Shown here: in pieces, positions 20,178-29,827 of the stretch
How the letters are laid out: each line of letters opens with the position of its first letter
How positions within the stretch are numbered: the first letter of the stretch is position 1
NCBI GenBank assembly: GCA_963674965.2
Contig: CAXXFL010000007.1
Span: forward strand, 544,001-608,000
Direction of reading: 5' to 3'
Length of the DNA: 64,000 nt
From: a bacterium
Lineage (GTDB): Bacteria; RBG-13-61-14; DATKZS01
Translations under genes and position numbers: made by a program
The notes under the pieces: model-generated
Seen by the model: only the letters and a program-made list of their open reading frames with translations
What the model was told of the DNA's origin: nothing
Databases searched by the model: none

Positions 20178-20868
20178 CGCGGGCGGCCGGGAGATACTCT
20201 CGGGCGTCAATCTCCGCGTGGAGGGGGGAGAGATGACGGTGGTATTGGGGCCGTCGGGCGCGGGCAAGACCACTCTCCTTCGCGCGGTGGCCGGCCTGGT
20301 CAGGCCCGACCGCGGCACGATCGAGGCGGCGGGCCGGGTCTGGCTCGGCGGCGACGTCTGGGTCGCTCCCCACTCGAGGCGGGTGGGCTTCATCTTCCAG
20401 GACCTCGCCCTCTGGCCGCACCTCACCGCCGGGGAGCATATTGCCCTGGCCTTTGCCGACAAGAAGGTGGGACGAGAGAAGGCGGCCGAGCTTCTCGAGA
20501 GGTTCGGCCTGGCGGACAAGGGCGGCCGATATCCGTCGAGCCTCAGCGGGGGCGAGAAACAGCGGCTGGCCCTGGCCCGCGCCGTGGCTCGGGACCCCGA
20601 GGTCCTGCTCATGGACGAGCCCTTTTCCGGCCTGGACTGGCGTCTTAAAAAGGCGGCCATGCAATACGTTCGGGAACTTAACCGCGATAAAAAATACACC
20701 GTCCTTCTCGTGACCCACGACCAACTCGAGGCCAGGGATCTGGCCGACAAGGTCGCCGTCATGAACCGGGGCGCCCTCCTGGCCCACGGCCCCCTCCGGG
20801 ACCTCACCGCCCGGGACGCCCACCCCTTCGTTCGGGATTTCCTGGCGCCGATAAGGGACGAGGGATGA
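20140..20868 (+). CDS. ABC transporter ATP-binding protein (FbpC-like)
   Basis: GPSGAGKT, FQDLALWPH, LSGGEKQR, LLMDEP and VTHD motifs. Confidence 0.92.
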   Translation: MQNYLDIKDLTLSAGGREILSGVNLRVEGGEMTVVLGPSGAGKTTLLRAVAGLVRPDRGTIEAAGRVWLGGDVWVAPHSRRVGFIFQDLALWPHLTAGEHIALAFADKKVGREKAAELLERFGLADKGGRYPSSLSGGEKQRLALARAVARDPEVLLMDEPFSGLDWRLKKAAMQYVRELNRDKKYTVLLVTHDQLEARDLADKVAVMNRGALLAHGPLRDLTARDAHPFVRDFLAPIRDEG

Positions 20869-20963
20869 GGAAGGGCGGGGAATACGCGGGTGGAGCCGAT
20901 AGCCTGTCCGCGCCCGGCGGGCAGGTTTCCCCCTTCCATGCGTTGGGCGTCATCATACTTCAT

Positions 20964-20993
20964 TATTGACGTTTACGATATCTTATGTCAATA
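20964..20993. promoter_or_regulatory. Inverted repeat, putative operator or recombinase site
   Basis: TATTGAC-N16-GTCAATA. Confidence 0.4.
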
Positions 20994-21097
20994 TCGGAAA
21001 TTATAGTTGAGGCTGGATTTTGAATAACGTACTACAAGCAGGAAAGGAAATATCATCTCGGGCACTCGGAGGGGATACTTGGGCAAACGGCTAATTA

Positions 21098-22861
21098 GTT
21101 TCTGTTGCACAACTGCTTAATGGCTTTCATTATGCGGTGCGGAGAGGATATGGACATGCAGATTTTCAGGGCGTCCATAAAGGACGGAAAAGATTTTAAC
21201 GCTTTCAGGCGAGTTGAATGCCTGAGCCGGCCCTTTTCTATCCTTTCAAAAAACACCTCTCCTTTTGCTGTTTTTCATTTCCGTTTTTCATTGCCCCCAC
21301 AGGGGCGCGCCCGGCGGCGGCTAAGTCAGCAGCGCGAGTTTTCGAAGGTTCCAGGCAAAGAACGAAAGACCCACCCAGGACTTGAAGCTCTCGAAACCTC
21401 TCCACAGGCATCGGCTCAGACCGAAGCCGCGAAGAAGGGCGGAAAGGCCGCCCTCGATCCCGGCCCGGAAGCGAAGAAGCTTCTTGAACCAGCGCTGACG
21501 CTCGTGCTCGATCCGCTCCGAACTCCTTTTGCCGGGCTTGGGAATGGCCAGGCGCTCGATATAATAAGGACCTTCGGTCGCAAGCTTCTCATTGTCCTCA
21601 TGATAGAAGCGGCGGTCGCCGGTAAACTCGCGTGGAGCCTTGCCGAACAGGCGGACGTGTTTTTGCAAAATGTCCTCGAAAAGGTCGGCGTCGGAAGGGT
21701 TGCCCTCGCACACTTTATATTGAAGCACAATCCCCGACCTTCCCGTCGCCGCCATCACCTTGTGACCGAACTCGGTCGGGCTCATGGTCTTGCCTCTCCG
21801 GATGATATCAACGTGCGGCTCGAAAACGGAAACCACCTTCTCTTGCGCGGGAACCTTCTCGCCTTTTATAACCCGCCGCTCGCACTGCTCGACGCACTGC
21901 TCAGAAAGCGGCAGGTAATGATCGAGTTCGCTCTTGATCATGGTTGCCAGGCCCGCATCGCTGAAATAAAGCTCTCCGCCTTTAAGGGCCTCGTCCAGCG
22001 CCTCCCGCGCCGAGCGGGCCATGGCCAAGATTTCCGCCGAAACCTTGAGAAGGTCCCGGTACCAGACCGCCCGTTTCTTCTCGATCCCTTTGCCTTTGCC
22101 CATGGCGATCTGGTAAGCGCGCTTCTTGGCCCGCCGAGTCCGGTCATGATATTCGAACCCGAGACCCGGCAGCTCCTTCCGCGCTCCTTTCATCAACCGG
22201 TCCAATACACGGATGCTGTCAAAAAGAAGCGAAGCGTCGGTCGGATAGTGGATGTTGGCCTCGGCCACCGCGGTGTCAGCGCGGACCGCCTCGCCGTCTT
22301 CTACTTTTTTTTTAATGGCCAGGGCCACGAGCATTTCGTTGATCCGCTCCCAGGTCTCGGGGCGGATGCGTTTTATCGCCCGCTCCAGGCTGCTGAAATG
22401 GGGAATGTCCCGCCCGAAGAACCTGGTGAACTTGCGGAAATTGTAATCGGAACCGAGGCGGTCGCCGAGTTCCCGGTAGGAATAACACTTGAGTTGATAG
22501 ATGACCGCGCTCCTAAGGACCTGCTCGACGCTCATCCCCTCGGCGCCGGTCTCCTTGAGTCCGCTTTGGAGATCATCGGCAACAGCTTCCAGAATTTCCT
22601 TGGCCTCGTCGAGCGCTATGCTCATCTTCTCAAGCTCAGTGTCTTGTTTGAAAAGATGGCCCGCTTTCAAAAATTCGTGGTCTTCAATGGTCATTTGCAT
22701 TTTAATTTTCGGTCGCATTTTTCGCCCCCTTCACAGCATCCCGGCAAGTCAATCCTTGATTTTTCAAGGAGTTATTGTATCATATCAAGACCAAAAAGGG
22801 AAGCGAAAAATGCTTACAGCACATTGTTTTTATTGGCTTTTTCTAGTTACGCAACTGGAAC
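21098..22861 (-). mobile_element. Complete insertion sequence (ISNCY/IS5-like DDE), about 1.76 kb
   Basis: Imperfect terminal IRs GTTTCTGTTGCACAACT / reverse complement GTTCCAGTTGCGTAACT; TA flanks both ends; one transposase. Confidence 0.85.
21321..22718 (-). CDS. ISNCY-family DDE transposase
   Basis: RADTAVAEANIHYPTD, EFGHK, TGDRRF, RAGIEG and RCLWRG...NL motifs. Confidence 0.92.
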   Translation of the reverse strand: MRPKIKMQMTIEDHEFLKAGHLFKQDTELEKMSIALDEAKEILEAVADDLQSGLKETGAEGMSVEQVLRSAVIYQLKCYSYRELGDRLGSDYNFRKFTRFFGRDIPHFSSLERAIKRIRPETWERINEMLVALAIKKKVEDGEAVRADTAVAEANIHYPTDASLLFDSIRVLDRLMKGARKELPGLGFEYHDRTRRAKKRAYQIAMGKGKGIEKKRAVWYRDLLKVSAEILAMARSAREALDEALKGGELYFSDAGLATMIKSELDHYLPLSEQCVEQCERRVIKGEKVPAQEKVVSVFEPHVDIIRRGKTMSPTEFGHKVMAATGRSGIVLQYKVCEGNPSDADLFEDILQKHVRLFGKAPREFTGDRRFYHEDNEKLATEGPYYIERLAIPKPGKRSSERIEHERQRWFKKLLRFRAGIEGGLSALLRGFGLSRCLWRGFESFKSWVGLSFFAWNLRKLALLT

Positions 22862-22962
22862 TATTTAGTGGGGAAGGTCAAATAATGGACCTCCCTCGTT
22901 CCCGTCGAGTATGGGCGCGAGCGGCGTGACTTCCGCCGCCGACGATCGAAAGGGACCGGGTA

Positions 22963-25077
22963 ATGAAATGTCCTAAATGCGGGCTCGAACAGCCCGAGCG
23001 AGCGGTTTGCATAAACTGCGGCATAGAGATAAGCAGGTACTCCCGCCTCCAGCGAGAGGTGGCGGACCCCATCCACGCGATCAAAAGCGCCTTTGACGCC
23101 AACCTCAAGGCCCTGTCAGGAGCAAACGTATACGCGGCCCCCGGCATTCCCGCTTCCATAATGGAGTGGGCCTTCGCCCGCTACCAGGACGAGTCCGTGG
23201 ACTGGTCGGGCGACGAGGTGATCCTGGTCCTGGGCGACGGATCGGGTTCGAGCAACACGGTTTTCACCACCCGCAAGGTCGTCTCGTCCACCATCATGGG
23301 AGTCGAGCAGATCGACTACAGCGGCATTGGCGACCTGGCCATCGGCGGCCTGTTAAAGGACCAGCTCGTTATAAACGGCGGTGGCTTTCACGTTGCCTCC
23401 TTCGCCGGCCTGGACGACTATCGCAAGGAGGCCCTGGTCCAGACCCTGCGAAAAGTCTCGATCATCGCCAGGGAGGCGGCGGCGAGAGGGGCCATGCCCG
23501 AGCGTCCGTCCCGAGGGTCGGGCGGTATGCCGAGACAGGCGGCCATGGCCGCCCTGGACAGGCCCGTGACCGACCCGGTCTCCACCCGGGCCGTGACCTC
23601 GACGGGCGGCCACGCCGATGACCCGGCCGCCACCATGATGGGGGCGCCCGTGAAGGGGGCCGTTATCGACCCCAAGTCTCCTCCTGCCCCGGCGGCCGCT
23701 CCGGCGAGCCCCGCTCCGGCGTCGCCTGGTCCGCCGCCCGAGGACCCGGCCGCCACCATGATGGGGGCCCCTCCCAGTTCCGCGATCAAGGACCCGGCCG
23801 CCACCAGGGCGGTCCCACCCGAGGCGGACCCCCTGGCCACGGTGGCCTCGATGCCGGGAAAGACGAAGATCGTCCCGCCTCCGGCCAAAGAGCCGGACGA
23901 CCCGGCCGCCACCATCGCTGCCAGACCGTCGCCCGAGCCTCCGCCCGAGCCGGCGCCGAAGGCCCCCGAGGTGACCGAGGTGGACCCCGCCCTCGAGACC
24001 CGCGTTCCCGAGGCAAAATTCGAGGGGCCCACCGCGCCTCCCACCCGGGAGGAAGTCGAGGCCTCGAGGGGAACGCCCGACCGGGTGGCCACCCAGCCCC
24101 AGAAGAAGGTCATGGAATTTGAGGAACTCGCGCTCGACGGCATGGGCGAGCCGGGACTTTCCGTTCCCTTTGGGGAAGGGGTCAAAGGCTTTCCCGCCAG
24201 CATCGACCCTTTAAGCGACTCGGACCTTAAACGGACCACGCCGCCCCGGCCGAGGACGCCGCCCATGCAATCGCCTTTCGAGTCCGCGCCCGAGGCCTCG
24301 TCTCCGCTGCAAAGCTTTGGCAAATACCGGCCCACTTCATCCCGGCCGCCTCAGCCTGGCGTCTATCCTCCTCCGGCGGAGGGGAACGCGTCCGCGCCGG
24401 ACCCGCGAACCGAGGGACCGGAAACTTCATCCGAAAAGAGCAGGGAAGAAGAGCTGGCCAGGTTCAAGTCGATAAGGTTCGTGCCCGATCCCAGCGCGGT
24501 GCCGGAATCTTTAAGAGAACGAAAGATTTCCTATCTGGAAGACCCTGAAGACGACGTGGAAGAAGATTTCGTCCCTCCTCCCCTGCCGGTATCCCCCCGC
24601 AAGCTCACCGACCTGAGCATCCTTGACGACGGACCGATCGAGGACGGACCGCCCAGCGTCGGCCCGAAGTCTTCGCTCGATTTCGGCAGCGGACTCGAGT
24701 TGGACACGGCGGACCGGGGAGGCATGGAAGGACACGACCACGCGGCCCCACCAGCGGCGCCCACCTACGCGGAACCAGAAATATACCCCGACGACGACCC
24801 CCTCGTGCCGCCGCCCCTGGGCGCGGGGACGTCGGAGCAGGGACAGCGGGCCGGTACCATGTATCAACCGGCGCCGCAATACGCGCCCGGTCCTCAGTAC
24901 CAGCCCGGCCCTCAGTATCAGCCGGGGCCGCAATTCCAGGGGGGATACCCGGGGCCATATCAGAGCGCTCCGCCGCCCAAGCCCTCCAACAGGCCCGGAT
25001 GCATGGGCATTGTCGTCCTCGCCCTCCCCGCGGTACTCGCGGCCGGCTATTTCCTGATAAGGGCCATGACCGCTTAG
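22963..25077 (+). CDS. Zinc-ribbon, Pro-rich repeat protein with a C-terminal membrane anchor
   Basis: CPKC...CINC; globular N-domain; long Pro/acidic linker; C-terminal TM helix. Confidence 0.85.
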   Translation: MKCPKCGLEQPERAVCINCGIEISRYSRLQREVADPIHAIKSAFDANLKALSGANVYAAPGIPASIMEWAFARYQDESVDWSGDEVILVLGDGSGSSNTVFTTRKVVSSTIMGVEQIDYSGIGDLAIGGLLKDQLVINGGGFHVASFAGLDDYRKEALVQTLRKVSIIAREAAARGAMPERPSRGSGGMPRQAAMAALDRPVTDPVSTRAVTSTGGHADDPAATMMGAPVKGAVIDPKSPPAPAAAPASPAPASPGPPPEDPAATMMGAPPSSAIKDPAATRAVPPEADPLATVASMPGKTKIVPPPAKEPDDPAATIAARPSPEPPPEPAPKAPEVTEVDPALETRVPEAKFEGPTAPPTREEVEASRGTPDRVATQPQKKVMEFEELALDGMGEPGLSVPFGEGVKGFPASIDPLSDSDLKRTTPPRPRTPPMQSPFESAPEASSPLQSFGKYRPTSSRPPQPGVYPPPAEGNASAPDPRTEGPETSSEKSREEELARFKSIRFVPDPSAVPESLRERKISYLEDPEDDVEEDFVPPPLPVSPRKLTDLSILDDGPIEDGPPSVGPKSSLDFGSGLELDTADRGGMEGHDHAAPPAAPTYAEPEIYPDDDPLVPPPLGAGTSEQGQRAGTMYQPAPQYAPGPQYQPGPQYQPGPQFQGGYPGPYQSAPPPKPSNRPGCMGIVVLALPAVLAAGYFLIRAMTA
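23620..23915 (+). repeat. Coding repeats of DPAAT(M/R/I)
   Basis: The 26-mer GACCCGGCCGCCACCATGATGGGGGC occurs at 23620 and 23743; shorter copies at 23791 and 23899. Confidence 0.85.
24877..24940 (+). repeat. Tandem 18-bp coding repeat (QYQPGP)
   Basis: QYAPGP-QYQPGP-QYQPGP-QFQ. Confidence 0.8.
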
Positions 25078-25961
25078 ACGGGAACGTAAAGGGGGCCGTC
25101 CTTTTCGAGCCTTCCTTGCTCAACCATGCGCTCGAGGTGTTTCTTCATGATGCCCCTCTCGCCGAACTCGAAGAACTCCCTGGGCTCGCGCGGTTTTCGG
25201 TAGACGATCCACTGGGCGGCGACCTCCTCGAGGGTACGCGGCCTAGTCATGAAGGCCTCGAGCTTTTGTTGCCTCGCGCCGATGACCTCGAGGTATCGGT
25301 CCCAGGCCTCGTGGCGGGACGACTCGAAGACGCCGCTTTCGTGCCCGGTGAGCCAGACCGAGACCGGCAGCTCGCGCAGTTTTTTGACCGACTCGATGGT
25401 GTCCTGGATGGACGAGTCGCGGTCCCCATACCACGGGCCGAAGGGAGTGAGGTCGTAGTCTCCCGTGTAGGCCGCGGCCGGCTCCCGGAAGTGGAAGGCC
25501 AGGGAGCCGGGAGTGTGGCCCGGCGCGTGTATTACCTCGACCGTGACCTCTCCCAACTCGATTGTCTCGCCGGCGGTGAAGACGGACTCGGGCTCGCGAG
25601 GCCGGTAATTGAACTGGCTCTCGAGTATCCGGGTCCACCATTTCCTCGGCTCCGGCTCGTCCATGCCGTACCAGTCGAGAAAGGAATCGATATTGCTTAA
25701 CGGCTCCGTCTCGATCTCGGAAACGCGGAAAGGAAGGTCCTCGAAAAGATCGAGGTGCATGAAGTGGTCCTCATGCCAGTGGCTCAGCCAGACCTCGCTA
25801 ACGCCCGACTCGTCACGTAGCCGCTCGAGCCTTGCCCGGTCCGAGGCCGGGTCGATAAGGACGCCCGGGCCCTCCACGTAGACGGAGTTGCAAAATGGGT
25901 ACTTGCCCCTGTTGTTTCCAGGAATAAAGACCAGCGGACCGAACCTTCTCTCTTCAGTCAA
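25074..25961 (-). CDS. MBL-fold metallo-hydrolase
   Basis: SHWHEDH, PGHTPG, TGD and TGHE metal-binding motifs. Confidence 0.92.
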   Translation of the reverse strand: MTEERRFGPLVFIPGNNRGKYPFCNSVYVEGPGVLIDPASDRARLERLRDESGVSEVWLSHWHEDHFMHLDLFEDLPFRVSEIETEPLSNIDSFLDWYGMDEPEPRKWWTRILESQFNYRPREPESVFTAGETIELGEVTVEVIHAPGHTPGSLAFHFREPAAAYTGDYDLTPFGPWYGDRDSSIQDTIESVKKLRELPVSVWLTGHESGVFESSRHEAWDRYLEVIGARQQKLEAFMTRPRTLEEVAAQWIVYRKPREPREFFEFGERGIMKKHLERMVEQGRLEKDGPLYVPV

Positions 25962-28209
25962 AAATTTCCTCCTTTTTCCCGGCTATGGCCAGATAGACGG
26001 CCACCGTCATGGCGGCCCCCGACACCAGGGTACCGGTTATTCCGAAAAGGGGGGTAAGCGCGACGCCCGCCAGCGCCCCGCCGGCGGCCCCGCCCGCGAG
26101 GTCAGCCCCGTAAATCAAACCCGAGCCCAGGGCGCCGTTTTCCTTTTCCCTCGGCAAACCCATCGTGGCCTGGGTGAAGACCGCGCCGCCCCCTACTCCC
26201 TGGAAGAAAAGGGCCAGGGCGAATAAAGTCCCCGCGGACCATGGCCCGTCCATGCCCAGGGACGACGCCAGATATACGGCCAGGGCCGCCGCCGAGGCCG
26301 AGGAAGCCGAGACCGCCAGCGCCGGACGCCAACCGCCTCCGCCCTTAATCCATAGTAGAGACCCGACGCCAAGGCCCGCCATGAAACAGGCCGAGAAAAA
26401 AGCCAGCATATGGTAGATGGACCCCACCAGCGACTGGAAGGCCAGCATCAACCCAAAGGAAGCCGTCATCGAGGCGTACCCGGTAACGCCCGCCGCCAGC
26501 GCCGAGAAGGCCGCCGCCTTGCCGGGCCGGGCGAGGGCCCTTCCCGCCGCGAGGGCCAGGACCGGAAAGACCAGCATCATCCAGGCGGGAGCGCGGGCCA
26601 AAAAGGCCGCCGCCCCCGCGGCGCGGGGCGAGGTCTTCTCCGCCCAGGTTAAAAGGGCGCTCGCGTAGGCCCTGGGATTCAAGTCCCGGTCGGTCTTGGC
26701 GTCGGCCGCCTCGAGGCGATCGGCGACCTCCCTAATCATGGACTCCTGGACCTCGGCGGACAGGACCTTTTCGTTCACGTAAAAGGAAACTACTCCCCGC
26801 TCGTCCATGGTCTTCTGGATCGCGGAAAAATCCGCGGCCACGCGGGACCCCTTGCCTCCCGCCAGGAACAGGTTTTCCCCAAGGGGAACGATCGCGACCC
26901 GGTCGAATACCTCTCCTGCGGTTTTATAGGCGGTGGCCGTCGCGGCCAGTTGTCCGGCGTCGTAGCTCAAGTTGGGAGGGGTGCTTCCGGCGGTAAAGGC
27001 CAGGACGCCCGCTTCGGACAGGCGGGACGCGGCCAGCTCGAGGAACTCGCGGGTGTAGTAGCGGCCCAGGCTCGCGCCGTGAGGATCGGGCAGGTTGATT
27101 ATTATGACGTCATATTGTCTTTCCGAACTCTTCAGGAAGGGCCTGGCGTCAAAGGCCGCGACGTTGGCGCGGGGGTCGCGAGACAGTCGGCCGAAATCGG
27201 GCGCGTACTCGCGCTCCAGCTCGAGGAAGCCGGGGTCCAGGACAATATAGTCCAGCCTCTCGACCGGGTGAAGCAGTATCTCGCCGGCCAGTCCGGAAAA
27301 GCCTCCCCCAACGACCAGGACCCGCTTGGGACTTGGCGCCAAGGCCAGGGGAAGATGGGCCAGTATCTGATCATGCCTTTCATCGGGAAAAGTGGCGGCG
27401 GGAGAGCCGTCCACGTAGATGGTCGTCTCGTGACCATCGCCACCCGCGGCCAGGTAGGAGTAGCGAGAGTCAAAGGCCTCCTTCACGGGAAGTCCACGCC
27501 AGAACAGGCCGTTATAATAAACGTCTAGCGAGCCTTGCCGGGCCGGGCCGCCGGCCAGGGCGAAGGCGGCCAGGGCGGTCAACTCGAGGACCAGGGCGAA
27601 GGACCAGCGGCCGGCGCGGGGACGGTCGGGAACAAAGGCGGCCATGGTGATCAGCAGGATGGACGCCGCCCACGCCGGCGAGGCGGGGCTGGACTTGTCT
27701 CGAAACCAGAGGGCCAGGATAATCCCGGCCGCGAACGCTCCCAGGGCCTCGAGACCGTAGGTGCGGCCCGCCGGGGCCTCGCGGTCCACCTGCATGCGGG
27801 CGGCCAGGTTGAAGGCCAGTCCCAGCGGGAAGCCAAGGGGGAGGGTCACGAGAAAGCAGGCGAGCATCATGACGCCGGGCCCGGCCGTCTCGCCGAGGGG
27901 CGATCCCAGCCACTCTTTGATCAGCGCCGTGGACAGAAGCGCGGCCGGAGTCAAGGCGGCCAGCGAGGCGAAGGCCAGGGCCAGGAAGTTCTCGGGCTTT
28001 TTTAAGCGGCCGGCCCAGGCGGAGGTGGCGGCGGCCCCCGCTCCGGTCCACGTCATCCAGGCGGAAAGGCACATGGCGATGGTCAGCTCGTTTCCCGCGA
28101 AGGCCGCCATCAGCCTGCGCGTGATCACGGCCTGGTCCCACAGCGCGATAAAGCCGATCATGAACGCGGCCGTCGCCGCTTTATCGCCGGTTATTTTTTT
28201 TAGAGGCAC
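25954..28209 (-). CDS. Membrane-fused spermidine synthase-like / SAM-dependent protein
   Basis: TM bundles flank a Rossmann domain (VLVVGGG, DARPFL, YDVIIINLPDP, YYTREF). Confidence 0.82.
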   Translation of the reverse strand: MPLKKITGDKAATAAFMIGFIALWDQAVITRRLMAAFAGNELTIAMCLSAWMTWTGAGAAATSAWAGRLKKPENFLALAFASLAALTPAALLSTALIKEWLGSPLGETAGPGVMMLACFLVTLPLGFPLGLAFNLAARMQVDREAPAGRTYGLEALGAFAAGIILALWFRDKSSPASPAWAASILLITMAAFVPDRPRAGRWSFALVLELTALAAFALAGGPARQGSLDVYYNGLFWRGLPVKEAFDSRYSYLAAGGDGHETTIYVDGSPAATFPDERHDQILAHLPLALAPSPKRVLVVGGGFSGLAGEILLHPVERLDYIVLDPGFLELEREYAPDFGRLSRDPRANVAAFDARPFLKSSERQYDVIIINLPDPHGASLGRYYTREFLELAASRLSEAGVLAFTAGSTPPNLSYDAGQLAATATAYKTAGEVFDRVAIVPLGENLFLAGGKGSRVAADFSAIQKTMDERGVVSFYVNEKVLSAEVQESMIREVADRLEAADAKTDRDLNPRAYASALLTWAEKTSPRAAGAAAFLARAPAWMMLVFPVLALAAGRALARPGKAAAFSALAAGVTGYASMTASFGLMLAFQSLVGSIYHMLAFFSACFMAGLGVGSLLWIKGGGGWRPALAVSASSASAAALAVYLASSLGMDGPWSAGTLFALALFFQGVGGGAVFTQATMGLPREKENGALGSGLIYGADLAGGAAGGALAGVALTPLFGITGTLVSGAAMTVAVYLAIAGKKEEIFD

Positions 28210-28310
28210 TTAACCATCCCCGCCTTGGCGCGTGGCCTCCAATATATCACGGCCCGCTGCCATATCCGAGCGTGGCGTTGGTTATAAAGACGGTAAAGAC
28301 GGCCGGGGGT

Positions 28311-28724
28311 TCATCCCGTATAAACGCCGGTGAGAGAGTCGAGCGTGGTCTCGGACAGGTATTGCGAGACGCGCTCGTTGATTTCCTCGGTCAGTCCTCC
28401 CAGTATGCAGCGGCCGTTGCAAATGGGCTCGCCGAGCAAACAGGAGCAGCTCTCGAGCGGCCCCTCGATGGCCTCATATACCTGGAGAAGAGATATTTCC
28501 TGGGCGGGTCTTGCCAGCTCGAAGCCGCCGTCCGGGCCGCGCGTGGAACTTACCAGCCCCGCCTTGGCCAGACGCTGCATCACCTTGGACAAATGGTTCT
28601 GAGAGGCGCCGAGGATTTTGGCTATCTCCCTGGTCGAGCGCCTCTGGTCCGGATACGCCGCCAGCATGGTGGCCGCGTGCAGGGCCAGCGTGGCGGCCTC
28701 GGAAATCCTGAGCAGGTTACTCAT
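28311..28724 (-). CDS. Rrf2-family transcriptional regulator, Cys-containing
   Basis: STRGPDGGFELAR and ISLLQVYEAIEG motifs; C-terminal Cys cluster. Confidence 0.92.
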   Translation of the reverse strand: MSNLLRISEAATLALHAATMLAAYPDQRRSTREIAKILGASQNHLSKVMQRLAKAGLVSSTRGPDGGFELARPAQEISLLQVYEAIEGPLESCSCLLGEPICNGRCILGGLTEEINERVSQYLSETTLDSLTGVYTG

Positions 28725-28776
28725 GGATTAAATTATATTACGTTTCGCCGAAAAGGTCTCGCGGCTTTGGGCCCGG

Positions 28777-29814
28777 CTACTTCCTGTCGCCGGCGGCCTT
28801 CAACAAAAGACCCTTTTTCCTGGGCGGCGGGTTGGGATAATCGGGGTCCCCCACGATCGTGCCCACGTTGATGGTGATGCCCTCCTGTTGGAAAAACTCC
28901 CGGATAATCCGCTCGAGTTCCTCCCGGTCCACGTCGTCAAGCTCCTTTTCCATGCGGGCCGTGAAGCGGTCCAGACGGTCGGCCACGGCGGAGAGGTCGT
29001 CGGCCGCGGCCAGAAGTTCCTCGACCTTGGCCCGGACCTTGTCCTCATCCTCGGGGGCCATGGCCCGCACCTCGGTGAGGGTCTTGTCCAATTTGCGTAT
29101 CAGCCGACGGGCCTCGGCCAGGGTGGGCGAGACCTCATCCAGGGCCGAGCGAAGGTCCGAGACCATGGGACCGACCTCGGGCTTTATCTCCGCCGTGATC
29201 TCTTTTAAGTCCTCCGTGGCGTCGGCCGCGTTGTTGATCGCGCGGCGCAGGTCGTCCACGTCCTCCGGCTGAATCCGGGAGAGGGCCACCAGGAGGTTGG
29301 CCAGGCGCTCCCTGTCCTCGGGCTTTAAGTTGTCCATGAACTTCTTTAGGCCCTCGAGTATGGAGATGCCCTCGCCGATCAGGTCCTCGAGGTTGGGCGG
29401 GTCCACTCCCCGAACCGAGTCGCCGTCGTTCAAGACCTTGGCCTCGGCCGAGCCGGGGGTGATCTCGACTATCTTTCCGCCCAGGAGGCTTTCCATGCGG
29501 ATGGCGAAGGTCGAGTCCTCCCTTATCAGCTTCCTGGCGTTGATGTCGATAAGGAGGACCAGCTCGAGGACGTGACCGTCCTTGGCCTCGGCCGGGTCGG
29601 GTATCACGATCTTCTCGACCTTGCCCACCTTGGCTCCGGCCAGGTAGACGTTGGACCCCGGGTCGATGCCCCCGGCGTAATCAAGGGTGACGTTGACGCG
29701 GTAGGTGTTGGTAAAGGGGTTCCAGTCCCCCAATATGAAAATGAAGGCGAACACCAGCGCGATGGCCGTGACCACCACCAACCCGACCTTGACCTCTAAG
29801 CTGAATCTTTCCAT
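28777..29814 (-). CDS. mlaD: MCE/MlaD family protein
   Basis: N-terminal TM; AGGIDPGSNVYLAGAKVGKV; SLLGGKIVEITPG; long helical tail. Confidence 0.9.
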   Translation of the reverse strand: MERFSLEVKVGLVVVTAIALVFAFIFILGDWNPFTNTYRVNVTLDYAGGIDPGSNVYLAGAKVGKVEKIVIPDPAEAKDGHVLELVLLIDINARKLIREDSTFAIRMESLLGGKIVEITPGSAEAKVLNDGDSVRGVDPPNLEDLIGEGISILEGLKKFMDNLKPEDRERLANLLVALSRIQPEDVDDLRRAINNAADATEDLKEITAEIKPEVGPMVSDLRSALDEVSPTLAEARRLIRKLDKTLTEVRAMAPEDEDKVRAKVEELLAAADDLSAVADRLDRFTARMEKELDDVDREELERIIREFFQQEGITINVGTIVGDPDYPNPPPRKKGLLLKAAGDRK

Positions 29815-29827
29815 ATTCTTGCCCTTG

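Noticed and set aside
21105-22868. 587-aa antisense ORF spanning the IS
   Set aside because: Mirror frame of the transposase with no recognisable motifs; typical shadow ORF.
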